24,200 bases of DNA, taken from an uncultured delta proteobacterium. GTDB taxonomy: Bacteria > Desulfobacterota > Desulfuromonadia > Desulfuromonadales > BM103. Position numbers and translations under genes: made by a program. Below, piece after piece: positions 7,237 to 17,530 of the stretch. Below the pieces are notes generated by a model that worked only from the letters and a program-made list of their open reading frames with translations, was not told the origin of the DNA and ran no database searches. The DNA lies in contig CAVQRZ010000039.1 in assembly GCA_963715335.1 (NCBI GenBank), forward strand, positions 1-24,200, given 5' to 3'. Position 1 is the stretch's first letter, and every line of letters starts with the position of its first letter.

Positions 7237-10200
7237 TTACGCGACCTCTTTCATGCAGACCGAGACAAGTTTTGACACGCCGGGTTCCTCCATGGTGATG
7301 CCGTACAGGTTATCGGCGATCTCCATGGTCCGCTTGTTGTGGGTGATGATAATAAACTGGGAGGACTCGGACATCTCCTTGACGATTTCGTTGAATCGCC
7401 CGATGTTCGCGTCATCCAGCGGGGCGTCAACCTCGTCGAGCAAACAAAAAGGTGACGGTTTGATAAGGAAGATGGAAAAAATCATGGCGACAGCGGTCAG
7501 GGCCTTTTCCCCGCCTGACAGCAACGTGACGTTTTGCAGCTTCTTGCCGGGAGGCTGGGCCACCACCTCGACCCCGGTCTCCAGCAAGTCATTCTCGTCA
7601 GTCAGGCGCAACTCTGCCTGACCGCCGTTGAACAACCGTGGGAAGAGCTCCTGGAAAGTGGCGTTGACCTGGTCGAAGGTCTCTCGAAAACGCTTTCGGG
7701 TGGTCCGGTTGATCTTGGCGATCGCCGACTGCAAGCCATCCAGCGACTTTTGCAGGTCCTCCTGCTGCTCGGTCATGAACAGGTAACGCTCCTCGAGTTC
7801 CTGGTATTCGTCGATCGCCATCAGGTTGACTTCACCAATTTCGTCGATCCGTTTATGCAGGTAGTCGCAGCGCTCCTCAGCGGCGGCTTGATCAAATTCT
7901 TCGTCGTACTTTTCTTCGATCTCAGGACTTGAGAGGTCAATCCGGTAGCGCTCCTGGAAAGCCTGCAGCATGTGCTCTATCTCCAACTGCAGCTCACGGC
8001 TCTGCATCTGTCGCGACGAGAGTTCGTCGCGCAGCTGCTGTGTCTGACTGCGAAGCTTTTTGAGGTCTGCTTCACGTTTTTCAATATCCTGTCGACTTTC
8101 CTCAAAGCGCTCACGCAAACCGGCAAGAGCCTGCTCCTGTTCGACTCGCCGGCGATAGAGGGCTTCCATCTGCACCTTGAGTTCTTTAGCCTCATTGCGC
8201 AAGTTGGCCTGCGTTTCAACAGCCTCTACAGCATCCTGTTTCAGCGTTTCCTGGCGTTGATGCAGCTCCTGGCGAAGACTTACCAGGCGCTCCAGGGCCG
8301 AGCGGCTGCCTTCTTCCCGCTCCCGCAGACTCGCCAGGTTTACTTTCAGGCCGGTCACCCTCTGGCGCGACTCGCTGGTCCGTTCGCGCAGAGACAACAA
8401 CTCATCCTGCATGCCTGCCACAAGGTCTTCAAGCTCGCACTTTTCCCTCTCACCACGTTCACGCGTTGTGGAAGAAGTCTGCAGGCTCTGTTGCAGGACT
8501 GCATGCTCCTCGTGGAGTTGCGCCTCTTCCAGGCTCAGGACCTCGACTCGCTCCTGGAGGCGGGTATCCTCCTGCATCAAACCGTCGAGATCCTTGCGAC
8601 TGTCCAGAACACGGATTTCCTGCTGGTGCAGGTCCTGTTCCGCCTGGCGCAGGGCGACATCAGTTGCGATGGTCTCTGCGCGCAGCTTGTCACGTTGCTG
8701 ATTCAGTTTGGCAACTTCGGCGTCGAGTGACTTGACCTGCTTCTGCAGATCCTTCATCTCACGCTTTTTGTGCAGTAATCCCTGGTCGAGCGCCTGGCGA
8801 CCGCCGCCTGTCACTTCACCGCGGTAAGTCAATACGTTGCCTTCTTCAGTGACCAAAGTGATGCCAAAAGGCAGTTTTTGTCCAAAATAGTCTTTCAGGT
8901 CAGAGACAAGGCATGCGCCGGCAAGCAGCCGGGAAATCATCTCCTGGAACCCGGAGCGTGCCTGCAGGAGCCCCGCCAGGGGGGTCCCTCCAGCAATCTC
9001 CGGGGCAGCGTCGATCGGACATTCCGGCAACATAAAAGTACAACGGCCTTCATTGTCTCGCAGATATTCGAGGGCATCGACGACATTGTCAAGGTGTGCC
9101 GGCAGAAGAGCCTGGATTCGCTCGCCCAGGACGGCTTCAAGCGCGGCTTCGAACTTCGGCGGGACATCGAGGATATCAGCGACCAACCCCTTCATGTGCG
9201 CCTTGTGACGGTCGTCAGACAGCAGGGTTTTGACACCACGGGCATAGCCCTCGAGATTGCGCTCCAGCTGTTCGAGTGACTCGAGCCGTGAACGTTGCCG
9301 GCTGAGTTCCTCCCGGCGCTGCAGGAGTTGATTTTCAGCCTGCTCAACCTGCCCCTTCAGACTGATCTGGAGTCCCTGCATTTTTTCACGGTGAGCGATA
9401 AGGCCCTCTCGCGTCTTCTCTATCGAGTCCAGGGTCGAGCTGAGGCTGCTGCTGCTATTATGCAGACGCTTGAGCTGTTCGGACACCGCAACCGCTTCAT
9501 GACGATTGCGCTCGGTCAGGTCGCCAACAACGGCCATCCGCCGAGCGGCTTCCTCCTGCTGGCTGCTCATCCGGCTCAGGTCGGCCAGGAGCTGATAAAG
9601 CTTCTGGCGGGTCTGCTCCAATTGGCGCCCCAGGCGGTCTTCCTGCTCAGTCAGGTCCAGCAGGACATCTTCACTTTCCCCGAGTCGCGCCTCTTCCTCG
9701 GCAAAGGCCCTGGCGTGCTCTTCGCGGGCCTCGCGCAGCGCGGCCTCTTCTTCATCGGCGGTTGTCAGGCGACGGTCAATTGCAGCCAGTTCCGCTTTGA
9801 TTCGTTCCTGGTGGCGATCAAGAGACTCGATCTCGCGATCGCCGAATTCGAGGCGACTTTCAATGCGCTGGATGTCACCCGTCAACTGGAACACGCCCTC
9901 TTGGCCGCGGGTTGCCTCCCTGTCCCGTTCGTCATGCTGCAGCCGGGCCTGCTCGAGCCCCAGTTCGGCCTGCTCAAGCTGGCGGGTCACGACGTCGACC
10001 TGCCCGGTCTGCTGGTCTGCCGAACTGCCGGCCTGTTCTGCTTTGACCCGAAGCGCCGAGTACTGGCGCAAACCGAACTGCAGTTCCAGCCCGCGCAGCT
10101 CTTCCCGGAACTCGCGAAAGCGCTTGGCGCGTTGTGCCTGGCGCTTGAGGTTGTTCATCTGGCGTCGTACTTCGCTGATAATGTCACTGAGGCGCAGCAG

Positions 10201-10770
10201 GTTCTGGCGAGTCGCTTCGATCTTGCGCAAAGCGGTCTTCTTGCGGGCTTTGAACTTGGTTACCCCGGCGGCTTCCTCGATCAGCGAACGGCGATCTTCG
10301 GGTTTGGAATTGATGATCATGCCGATCTTGCCCTGTTCGATAATCGAATAGGCACGTGTACCGACACCGGTGTCCATGAAGAGTTCCGTGATGTCGAGAA
10401 GCCGGCAGGGGGTTTTATTCAGCAGGTATTCGCTCTCACCATTGCGGTAGAGCCTCCTGGTCACCTGGATTTCAGCATACTCGCGGAATGCCGCGGGGGC
10501 CAGCCCGGCGTTATTGTCCATGATCAGGTTGACTTCGGCCATCCCGAGTGGTTTACGGCTTTCGCTGCCACCGAAGATGACGTCTTCCATCAGCCTGCCG
10601 CGCAGGTTACGGGCACTCTGCTCCCCCATCACCCAGCGGATAGCATCAACGACATTGCTCTTGCCGCAGCCATTAGGGCCGACAATCGAGGTTATACCGT
10701 CGTCAAAATCGAGGAACGTCCGCTCGACAAACGACTTGAACCCTGTAATTTCAATACGTTTTATTTTCAT
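7237..10770 (-). CDS. smc: Chromosome segregation protein SMC
   Basis: Walker A GPNGCGKSN, long coiled coils, hinge, LSGGE signature and Walker B LLDEVDAPLD. Start MKIKRIEITGFKSF at ATG 10770. Confidence 0.98.
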   Translation of the reverse strand: MKIKRIEITGFKSFVERTFLDFDDGITSIVGPNGCGKSNVVDAIRWVMGEQSARNLRGRLMEDVIFGGSESRKPLGMAEVNLIMDNNAGLAPAAFREYAEIQVTRRLYRNGESEYLLNKTPCRLLDITELFMDTGVGTRAYSIIEQGKIGMIINSKPEDRRSLIEEAAGVTKFKARKKTALRKIEATRQNLLRLSDIISEVRRQMNNLKRQAQRAKRFREFREELRGLELQFGLRQYSALRVKAEQAGSSADQQTGQVDVVTRQLEQAELGLEQARLQHDERDREATRGQEGVFQLTGDIQRIESRLEFGDREIESLDRHQERIKAELAAIDRRLTTADEEEAALREAREEHARAFAEEEARLGESEDVLLDLTEQEDRLGRQLEQTRQKLYQLLADLSRMSSQQEEAARRMAVVGDLTERNRHEAVAVSEQLKRLHNSSSSLSSTLDSIEKTREGLIAHREKMQGLQISLKGQVEQAENQLLQRREELSRQRSRLESLEQLERNLEGYARGVKTLLSDDRHKAHMKGLVADILDVPPKFEAALEAVLGERIQALLPAHLDNVVDALEYLRDNEGRCTFMLPECPIDAAPEIAGGTPLAGLLQARSGFQEMISRLLAGACLVSDLKDYFGQKLPFGITLVTEEGNVLTYRGEVTGGGRQALDQGLLHKKREMKDLQKQVKSLDAEVAKLNQQRDKLRAETIATDVALRQAEQDLHQQEIRVLDSRKDLDGLMQEDTRLQERVEVLSLEEAQLHEEHAVLQQSLQTSSTTRERGEREKCELEDLVAGMQDELLSLRERTSESRQRVTGLKVNLASLREREEGSRSALERLVSLRQELHQRQETLKQDAVEAVETQANLRNEAKELKVQMEALYRRRVEQEQALAGLRERFEESRQDIEKREADLKKLRSQTQQLRDELSSRQMQSRELQLEIEHMLQAFQERYRIDLSSPEIEEKYDEEFDQAAAEERCDYLHKRIDEIGEVNLMAIDEYQELEERYLFMTEQQEDLQKSLDGLQSAIAKINRTTRKRFRETFDQVNATFQELFPRLFNGGQAELRLTDENDLLETGVEVVAQPPGKKLQNVTLLSGGEKALTAVAMIFSIFLIKPSPFCLLDEVDAPLDDANIGRFNEIVKEMSESSQFIIITHNKRTMEIADNLYGITMEEPGVSKLVSVCMKEVA

Positions 10771-10830
10771 GAGGGGTCGTCGCAGAAACCACGACAAAAC
10801 GGCCATGATTCTCTGCTTAAGTAACCGGCG

Positions 10831-10859
10831 ATGTTAGCAAGCTATGTCAACGCTGTAAA
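10831..10859 (-). promoter_or_regulatory. Putative sigma70 promoter for smc
   Basis: Minus strand TTTACA (10854-10859) - 17 nt - TAACAT (10831-10836) with extended -10 TG. Confidence 0.5.
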
Positions 10860-10902
10860 GCAGATTTAATACCTCGAGAGCTGCAGTTTTGAATCATCGG
10901 GG

Positions 10903-10931
10903 TTGCTCTTGAATGTCGCAGCCGCTATCTT
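10903..10931 (+). promoter_or_regulatory. Putative sigma70 promoter for the RluA-family gene
   Basis: TTGCTC - 17 nt - TATCTT, ending 12 nt before ATG 10944. Confidence 0.4.
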
Positions 10932-10943
10932 GTTGTTACGATT

Positions 10944-11846
10944 ATGACAGAGTGGCAAATCAACATCAGAGAGGCAGGTCTTTGCCTGCCCGAAGCAATC
11001 GCTTTGAGGGTGCCGTCGGTACCGATCGGCTTCGCCCGTCAACTATGCAGAAAACAGCGGGTTGCAGTCGATGCCGCGATCGGCAACGTAGACAGGACTG
11101 TTCAATACGGAGAACATATCTGCGTAAAATCATCCAGTCGCTGGCTGGAGCTGCTGCAACGATCGCCCGTTCATCCCGCCGACGTTCTCTACGAGGACAC
11201 GGAATGCCTGGTCATTAACAAACCGTCCGGACTGGCGGTACACAACGCCCAGGGACACAACGACAATCTGAAATCCCGGTTACAGGGGTATCTGCATCTG
11301 CGCAGGGAGATGTTCCGGATCGCACCGGTCCACCGGCTTGACGCGGGCACATCCGGGGCCATATTGTTTGGCAAAGGGAAGAGGGCTGCCAGCCAGCTGG
11401 GCCAGGAGCTGATGGCCGGGGGAATGAGTAAACGATACCTGGCACTGGTGCGGGGTGTTGTGGTCGGGGCAGGCGAGCTGACCACGCCGGTCCTCGCCAA
11501 GGGCAGGATGAAATCCGCGCTGACCAGATTCCGGCCAATCGACAACAACGGTCGGACGACACTCCTTGAGCTCGAGCTGGTCACCGGTCGGCAACACCAG
11601 GTCCGCAAGCAGCTGGCCGAGGCCGGCTGGCCGATCATCGGTGACAGCCGTTATCATCACAGGTCCATGCTCGCAGCAAAGCGTCTCCTGCTGCATTGCC
11701 GCTTTCTGACCTATCGCAACCCGATCAGCGATCGCTTGATTGAAATCGACAGCCCATTACCTGAAGACTTTATCGCGGAACTGGGCAGGCTAGACTTCCC
11801 CACTTACGGGCTCTCGGCATTTATTCCGCAAAAGACTGCCACATGA
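10944..11846 (+). CDS. RluA/RluC/RluD-family RNA pseudouridine synthase
   Basis: VINKPSGLAVH, HRLD catalytic motif (VHRLDAGTSG), TGRQHQVR and PIIGDSRY; degenerate S4-like N-terminus. Confidence 0.92.
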   Translation: MTEWQINIREAGLCLPEAIALRVPSVPIGFARQLCRKQRVAVDAAIGNVDRTVQYGEHICVKSSSRWLELLQRSPVHPADVLYEDTECLVINKPSGLAVHNAQGHNDNLKSRLQGYLHLRREMFRIAPVHRLDAGTSGAILFGKGKRAASQLGQELMAGGMSKRYLALVRGVVVGAGELTTPVLAKGRMKSALTRFRPIDNNGRTTLLELELVTGRQHQVRKQLAEAGWPIIGDSRYHHRSMLAAKRLLLHCRFLTYRNPISDRLIEIDSPLPEDFIAELGRLDFPTYGLSAFIPQKTAT

Positions 11847-11918
11847 CTGTAAATACAGGTATAATGTCGTACGAAGCAGAGACCTTCAACCCTAGACAGA
11901 TGGCACATTACTCCGACC

Positions 11919-13289
11919 ATGCCAGTAGCTGACCGACATCAAAGGACAGCCCTGCACAGGCGCGCCGCGGTAAAGACCGTCGCCTTTTATGCTCTTGTCG
12001 CCTGCCTGTGGATCTATTTATCCGACATGCTCCTGGCGCTGTTTATCCAGGACCCGCACCAGCTGACCCGGGCGCAAACCATCAAGGGCGCACTGTACGT
12101 TTTCGTAACCTCGGCCCTTCTTTATCTCTACCTCAACCATTGCCTGCAGGCCCTGCGCAAACAGGAAGATGCGCTGAAAGAAGAGCAGGAACGTGCCCAG
12201 CAGGAAGTCGCGAACCGCTTCCAACAGCTCAGCACCCTGTTCAACTCGATGAATGCAGTCGTCTATGTCGCCGACCTGGAAAGCTATGACCTGCTGTATG
12301 TCAACAAGTGTGCGATTGAGCATTTCGGCCCGGACTGGCAGGGGGGCAAGTGCTTTCACTATCTCCAGTCGGGTATGGAAGAACCTTGTGCCTTCTGCAC
12401 AAATTCTCAACTCGTCAGCAACGGTGCAGCCGGCGATACGGTCACATGGGAATTTAAAAACCTGAAAAACCAGCGCTGGTATGAATGTTTTGACAAAGCC
12501 ATCCACTGGACCAACGGCCGGCTTGCCCGTCTGGAAATCGCTTTCGATATCACGGAGCGCAAGGAGCTCGAAAGGATCAAGGACGAGCTCCTCTCTTCCA
12601 TTAGTCATGAAATGCGAACCCCGCTGACGGCGATCAGCGGGTTTGCCGAACTGCTGCTGAATGAACAAGACCTGCGACATCACCACAAGCATCTTGCAAT
12701 CATCTTCCGTGAGGCGGAAAAGCTGACCGCTCTGGTCAACAGGTTCCTCGATGCGCGGCGGCTGAAAACTGACCGGTCACGGATCAATTACAGGGATCTT
12801 CCCGTCGCAGAACTGCTGGAGAAAGCGCGGCAAGGCACCCGGGACTGTAAAGCAGAGCACGACATCCAGATCGACTGCCAGGCAGACGTCATGGTCTTCG
12901 GCAACCACAAGGAGCTCATTCAGGTTTTCTCGCAACTACTTGACAATGCCTGCCGCTACTCTCCCGAAGGGAGCGAAATTACAGTCCGGGCAGAAACCCT
13001 TGCCGGCGAAACCATTATCTGTTTTTCTGACCAGGGCCTCGGCATCCCGCAGCACGAACTGGGCAAGATTTTTGAGCCCTTCCACCGGCTCGATACGGGC
13101 AACAGCCGCCGTACGGGAGGCGTCGGGCTCGGGCTGAGTGTGGCAAATGGGATTATTTCGTTGCACGGCGGCGAGATCCGTGTCGAAAGCGCCCTGGGCA
13201 AAGGCAGTACATTCAAGATCGTATTGCCCCTGCCGAAACGGGGCCCTACGGTTCCTGAGCCGAAAAGTTCCAGGCCCAGTCAGTCATGA
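11919..13289 (+). CDS. Membrane-bound PAS-domain sensor histidine kinase
   Basis: Two N-terminal TM helices, PAS ending in DITE, H-box SHEMRTPL, N-box LLDNACRYS, G1 DQGLGIP and G2 GVGLGL. TATAAT at 11860-11865 upstream. Confidence 0.93.
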   Translation: MPVADRHQRTALHRRAAVKTVAFYALVACLWIYLSDMLLALFIQDPHQLTRAQTIKGALYVFVTSALLYLYLNHCLQALRKQEDALKEEQERAQQEVANRFQQLSTLFNSMNAVVYVADLESYDLLYVNKCAIEHFGPDWQGGKCFHYLQSGMEEPCAFCTNSQLVSNGAAGDTVTWEFKNLKNQRWYECFDKAIHWTNGRLARLEIAFDITERKELERIKDELLSSISHEMRTPLTAISGFAELLLNEQDLRHHHKHLAIIFREAEKLTALVNRFLDARRLKTDRSRINYRDLPVAELLEKARQGTRDCKAEHDIQIDCQADVMVFGNHKELIQVFSQLLDNACRYSPEGSEITVRAETLAGETIICFSDQGLGIPQHELGKIFEPFHRLDTGNSRRTGGVGLGLSVANGIISLHGGEIRVESALGKGSTFKIVLPLPKRGPTVPEPKSSRPSQS

Positions 13290-16200
13290 CGAACAATTCA
13301 CCAAAACCCACAGCCGGTGGACGCCGGCGGCTGTTCATCGGCCTGCTGGTCATGTTCATCCTGGCGGGGTCCTGGATTGCTTATTTCCTGATCAACTTTG
13401 ACCTCAATGACTACCGGCAATATCTGGAAGGGGAACTTTCCAAACAGCTCTCCCTGCCCGCCCGGATCGACAGCATCCACTACAATTTTCATGAAACCAA
13501 TCTTGCCCTGCACCTGAACGGGCTGCAGCTGGGCGACGAAAAATCGCAGGTGCAAATCAACGCACCGGATACCATGATTGCACTGCAATGGCGGGGGCTG
13601 TTCGTGCAGGAATTCAGGTTCATCCGGATCAGCTTGACCCAACCGGAGATATGGATCAGGCGCACGGTAGAAGAAAACGACAGTTCAACGAAACCGCCGG
13701 CGCCGCTGACCAAGGGCTCGGCCATCCTCTACAACACCAGTATTGGAGCTTTCGATATTGTCGACGGCACAGTACACATCGACACGCCGGATTCGGCACC
13801 GGTGCAGGCACAGATACTGATCACCGGACTTCGGGGCGAGTTGACTAAAATCCGCCTGAACCAGCTCTCCAGAGTTGTTCTCGAAGGAGAGATGCAACTT
13901 CCCGGACAGAGCGGTCCAAGCCCCTGGAAATTACTCGGCGGGGCCGCGTTGAATCTGGATGAGAGCGAAGGCTTGACCACCGACATCGATCTGAGCCTGG
14001 ATATCAAACAACTGGATCTCAAAGCGCTCAATGCGGTCTTTGCCAGCAAAACCAAAAAAATTCACGTTGCCGGTCACTCTGACCTGCAGTTGCGACTGGA
14101 TGGCACTCTCGGGGAGTCTGTCGATTTCCAGGCCTCATTGTCGTCGGACAGCATCGAGATCCTGCCCGGCCCTCTCTATACAAGGCCGGTTACCTTCAGG
14201 AACCTGGTTGCCAGCGGTCAGCTTCTGACAAATGAAAAACGACATGGCGTCAAAAATCTGTCCCTGAACATAGATGAAGCTCTCCTGTCGGGTGAAGTCG
14301 AATGGTCTCCACCCCAGCAGCCTTTCTCTGCCCAATTTTCCCTGGCCAACAGCCGCCTGACCGTGCCACAGATCAAACAATGGCTCCCCGATATACATGG
14401 GCCATGGCGCGCACTTGTGGAAAATCTCCGCAACCGTGGAGAGGTGCAAGTTGAAGCCTTCGTATTCCGCCTCCACGATGAAAAGGATGCCCGTGGAATC
14501 TGGCATCTGGACAGGCTGAAAGGTGAAGTCAATGCCGTCGCATGGCAGACTGCAGAATCCCCGGAACTGGAGATCAGATCACTGCCATTTGATCTGGATA
14601 AAGGCCGCTGGAAGATCAATGACAGCCTCTTGCATATGGGCTCACTGGATATCTCGGCCAGCGGCCATGGTGAATACAGTCAAGACAGTTTCACAGTCGC
14701 ATCGCTCGATTTCACCGGAGAGGCTTTGCCCGAACGGCTGCTCAGTGATTGGTATATACCCCAGGGAGCCTTGAAAACCGCAGGGAAAGCTGCTGTCAGC
14801 GGACACCTGCAAGGGCCCTACGACCAGCTTGCCTTAGACCTGCAGGCAGATTTGTCCCGTCTCTACCTGAACCATCCGGCCGGGCTAAAGCTGGCCCCTG
14901 ACCCGCAAGACAAGTTGAGCCTCCACGCAACCCTCTCGCCAGGGCAAATCAAACTGGACCACGGATCGATCAAGTGGTCGGCAGCAAAAGGGCATATTAC
15001 TGGCAATTATCTTACCGGAGATCCTGACAGTCTGGCTCTCGACGCCTTGCTGACTATCGACGATTTGACCAGGTTGGCTGAGGCGTTGCCGCTGCTGGAC
15101 AAGCTGCAGCTGCACGGGCAGGCCGACTTGAGCATTTCTCAGCGGGGCAGACGTGAGGAGAACCGGCCGACGATGACCCTGACTCTGCGCGATGCCGGCC
15201 TCAGGGCGACCAGGCACATTGCTGACCTCAAATTGATCAATGGACGCATAAACGTGTCGCCGGATGGACTGGACACGGAAAACCTGCGTGTCCATCTCGG
15301 TGAATCGCCAATTACCGTCAAAGCCGTACTTGCTGACTTCACCAACCCTCGCCTGTCACTGGATGTCAAGGGGCCGACCGTACGGGCAAAAGACCTGGTT
15401 TTCTACTCGGATAAAGCCCTGCTGCGCGACGTCGAAGGCCATCTGGAAATCGACAGAGATGGACTGCTTTTTGCGCCAGTTGACGTGCGTCTCGACGGTG
15501 GCACACTTGCCTCGGTGAACGGCACGATCGACTTCAAGCCCCCGTATCCGGTCATGCTCGACATCACGTCAGACTTTGCCCTGATCAGTGAAGTGATCAA
15601 TCTCTGGGCCAAGCAGTCGGAAACCAGGCCGCAGACCGGGGCCACGGATAGTTCAGTCTCCGCAACCGGGCAACAGGCAGAGATAAGAATCACCGCCCAC
15701 GTCAAGGCAGGCGATCTCTACGGCATGAAATTTCACGACGCCTACGGTGTTATTGTGCCGACCCGGAACCGACTGATGATCCACCCTCTCGACTTTTCGG
15801 TTGGACAAGGATATTGCAACGCGCAGGTCCTGACAGACTTTGTCAGCGAGGGGGCTGCCCGCTTACGGATTTCCGGGCACGCGGAGGACGTGGACGCGCT
15901 GGAGGTCTACCGGGAATTGTTGAAACAGAAGAACATCGTGCGTGGCGCGTTGCGGGGAGACTTTTACCTGACCGGTGAGATCGGCAGTAACTTCCTCCCC
16001 TCTTCTTACGGGAGATTCAGTATCCAGATCAGGGATGGGGTCCTTCACCAGTTCCCATTTTTGAGCAAGGTATTCTCCCTGCTGAACGTGTCCCAGATCT
16101 TTGCCCTGCAGCTGCCGGACATGGACCTGGAAGGAATGCCGTACCAGAATCTGACCGCTAATTTTCAATTGGATAAAGGGATCCTCAAGAGTGAAGATCT

Positions 16201-16540
16201 GAAGATCCAGAGCGAAGCGATGAACCAGTCCTATGCCGGGCAAGTCGATCTGGTAAACAAGGAGATCGACATGGCCATGGCCATCCATCCGCTCGGCACG
16301 GTCGACAAGATCGTTTCACGGGTTCCGCTAGCAGGCTGGCTGTTGACCGGTGAAGACAAGGCTTTATTGACCGCACACTTCGGTGTCAGTGGGGAGATCG
16401 GCGACGTCTCGGTCCGGATCATGCCGCTGGACACGCTCACCGAAACGACGATCGGACTGCTCAAACGAACCCTAGGCCTGCCCTTCAAGCTGATGGAAGA
16501 TCCCCAGATCCTCTGGGGTGGGGACTCCGACAAGGACTAA
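13286..16540 (+). CDS. AsmA-like / YhdP-like envelope protein (putative bridge-like lipid transfer protein)
   Basis: 1084 aa; single N-terminal TM anchor followed by FDLNDYRQYLEGELSKQL; beta-rich body; C-terminal AsmA_2-like amphipathic end (GTVDKIVSRVPLAGWLLTG). Confidence 0.8.
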   Translation: MTNNSPKPTAGGRRRLFIGLLVMFILAGSWIAYFLINFDLNDYRQYLEGELSKQLSLPARIDSIHYNFHETNLALHLNGLQLGDEKSQVQINAPDTMIALQWRGLFVQEFRFIRISLTQPEIWIRRTVEENDSSTKPPAPLTKGSAILYNTSIGAFDIVDGTVHIDTPDSAPVQAQILITGLRGELTKIRLNQLSRVVLEGEMQLPGQSGPSPWKLLGGAALNLDESEGLTTDIDLSLDIKQLDLKALNAVFASKTKKIHVAGHSDLQLRLDGTLGESVDFQASLSSDSIEILPGPLYTRPVTFRNLVASGQLLTNEKRHGVKNLSLNIDEALLSGEVEWSPPQQPFSAQFSLANSRLTVPQIKQWLPDIHGPWRALVENLRNRGEVQVEAFVFRLHDEKDARGIWHLDRLKGEVNAVAWQTAESPELEIRSLPFDLDKGRWKINDSLLHMGSLDISASGHGEYSQDSFTVASLDFTGEALPERLLSDWYIPQGALKTAGKAAVSGHLQGPYDQLALDLQADLSRLYLNHPAGLKLAPDPQDKLSLHATLSPGQIKLDHGSIKWSAAKGHITGNYLTGDPDSLALDALLTIDDLTRLAEALPLLDKLQLHGQADLSISQRGRREENRPTMTLTLRDAGLRATRHIADLKLINGRINVSPDGLDTENLRVHLGESPITVKAVLADFTNPRLSLDVKGPTVRAKDLVFYSDKALLRDVEGHLEIDRDGLLFAPVDVRLDGGTLASVNGTIDFKPPYPVMLDITSDFALISEVINLWAKQSETRPQTGATDSSVSATGQQAEIRITAHVKAGDLYGMKFHDAYGVIVPTRNRLMIHPLDFSVGQGYCNAQVLTDFVSEGAARLRISGHAEDVDALEVYRELLKQKNIVRGALRGDFYLTGEIGSNFLPSSYGRFSIQIRDGVLHQFPFLSKVFSLLNVSQIFALQLPDMDLEGMPYQNLTANFQLDKGILKSEDLKIQSEAMNQSYAGQVDLVNKEIDMAMAIHPLGTVDKIVSRVPLAGWLLTGEDKALLTAHFGVSGEIGDVSVRIMPLDTLTETTIGLLKRTLGLPFKLMEDPQILWGGDSDKD

Positions 16541-16557
16541 ATGAAAAACTGGCCGGA

Positions 16558-17271
16558 TCAGGCTGTGCGTGTCCCGACGTGGACGGCAGCAATACCTCCG
16601 GTCAGGTCGTGGACCTTGACATCTGCAAAGCCGGCCAGTTCCATCATCGCTTTGAAAGTTTCGCGATCGGGGAATTCCAGCACGGAGTCAGGCAGGTACT
16701 GGTAAGCGCTGCGCTGTGAAATCAGACCACCCAGCCAGGGCAGTACACGCAGAAAATAGAAGTAGTAGACAGCCCGGAAGAACCTGTTGCGAGGGGTGGC
16801 GAATTCCAGTATCGCTGCCCGCCCACCGGGTTTCAGAACACGGGCCATTTCAGCCAGACCCTTCTGGCGGTCAACCACGTTGCGGATGCCGAAAGCGATC
16901 GTGATGCCATCGAAGATGCCGTCCGGGTGCGGCATCGATTCACAGGGAGCATTGACCAGGACAATCCGGTCGCGATAGGGGGATTCGGCAATTTTCCTAC
17001 GACCAAGCACGAGCATCCCCTGGGTAAAGTCGGAACCGACAATTTTGACACCCTGCGCTGTTTGTCGCCCGATCTCGAGAGCGACGTCACCAGTCCCCGT
17101 CGCGATATCCAGGACCCTGCCGTTTTCCGGCACAACCAGTTGACTGACTGCGAAGCGACGCCAGCGCTGGTCTATGCCTAACGACAGGAGCCGGTTCAGC
17201 AGGTCATAGCGTGGCGCGATCCGGTCGAACATATCGCGGATACCGCGACCTTTTTCGGTGAGTCTGGTCAT
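16558..17271 (-). CDS. ubiE: Demethylmenaquinone methyltransferase UbiE/MenG
   Basis: MFDRIAPRYDLLNRLLSLGIDQRWR, VLDIATGTGD, IAFGIRNV and AYQYLPDSV motifs. Confidence 0.95.
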   Translation of the reverse strand: MTRLTEKGRGIRDMFDRIAPRYDLLNRLLSLGIDQRWRRFAVSQLVVPENGRVLDIATGTGDVALEIGRQTAQGVKIVGSDFTQGMLVLGRRKIAESPYRDRIVLVNAPCESMPHPDGIFDGITIAFGIRNVVDRQKGLAEMARVLKPGGRAAILEFATPRNRFFRAVYYFYFLRVLPWLGGLISQRSAYQYLPDSVLEFPDRETFKAMMELAGFADVKVHDLTGGIAAVHVGTRTA

Positions 17272-17530
17272 TTTTTATCAAATCCTGTCAGTTGGAACCG
17301 CCGGTTATGTAACACGCTGACCGAGTTTCTGTCAGTAAAAATGTCGCATGAGTCCCTCCGGCAAGCATCAAAGCAGGAGACCCTTTACATAAGTGTATCC
17401 ATCATGTATTCCTCTGCATGCAGATTTCATCATCCTGCACACAATGGCGGACCCGCAACCTGGCCGCGAGGCGCAAATTTACGTCCATTACCGCAGACCT
17501 TGAACGACCCGTCAGAATAAGAGTGGCATC

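Noticed and set aside
9295..10824. 509-aa plus-strand ORF antisense to smc (also other 200-300 aa antisense ORFs over ftsY and smc)
   Set aside because: Antisense frame kept open by codon bias; no protein-like features.
11847..11858. CTGT-AAAT-ACAG dyad resembling an SOS box upstream of the kinase
   Set aside because: Spacer is 4 nt rather than the 8 nt of the E. coli-type LexA box; too short to support a call.
17440..17530. Possible guanidine or other riboswitch upstream of the EamA transporter
   Set aside because: No ykkC, mini-ykkC or other aptamer consensus recognisable by eye.
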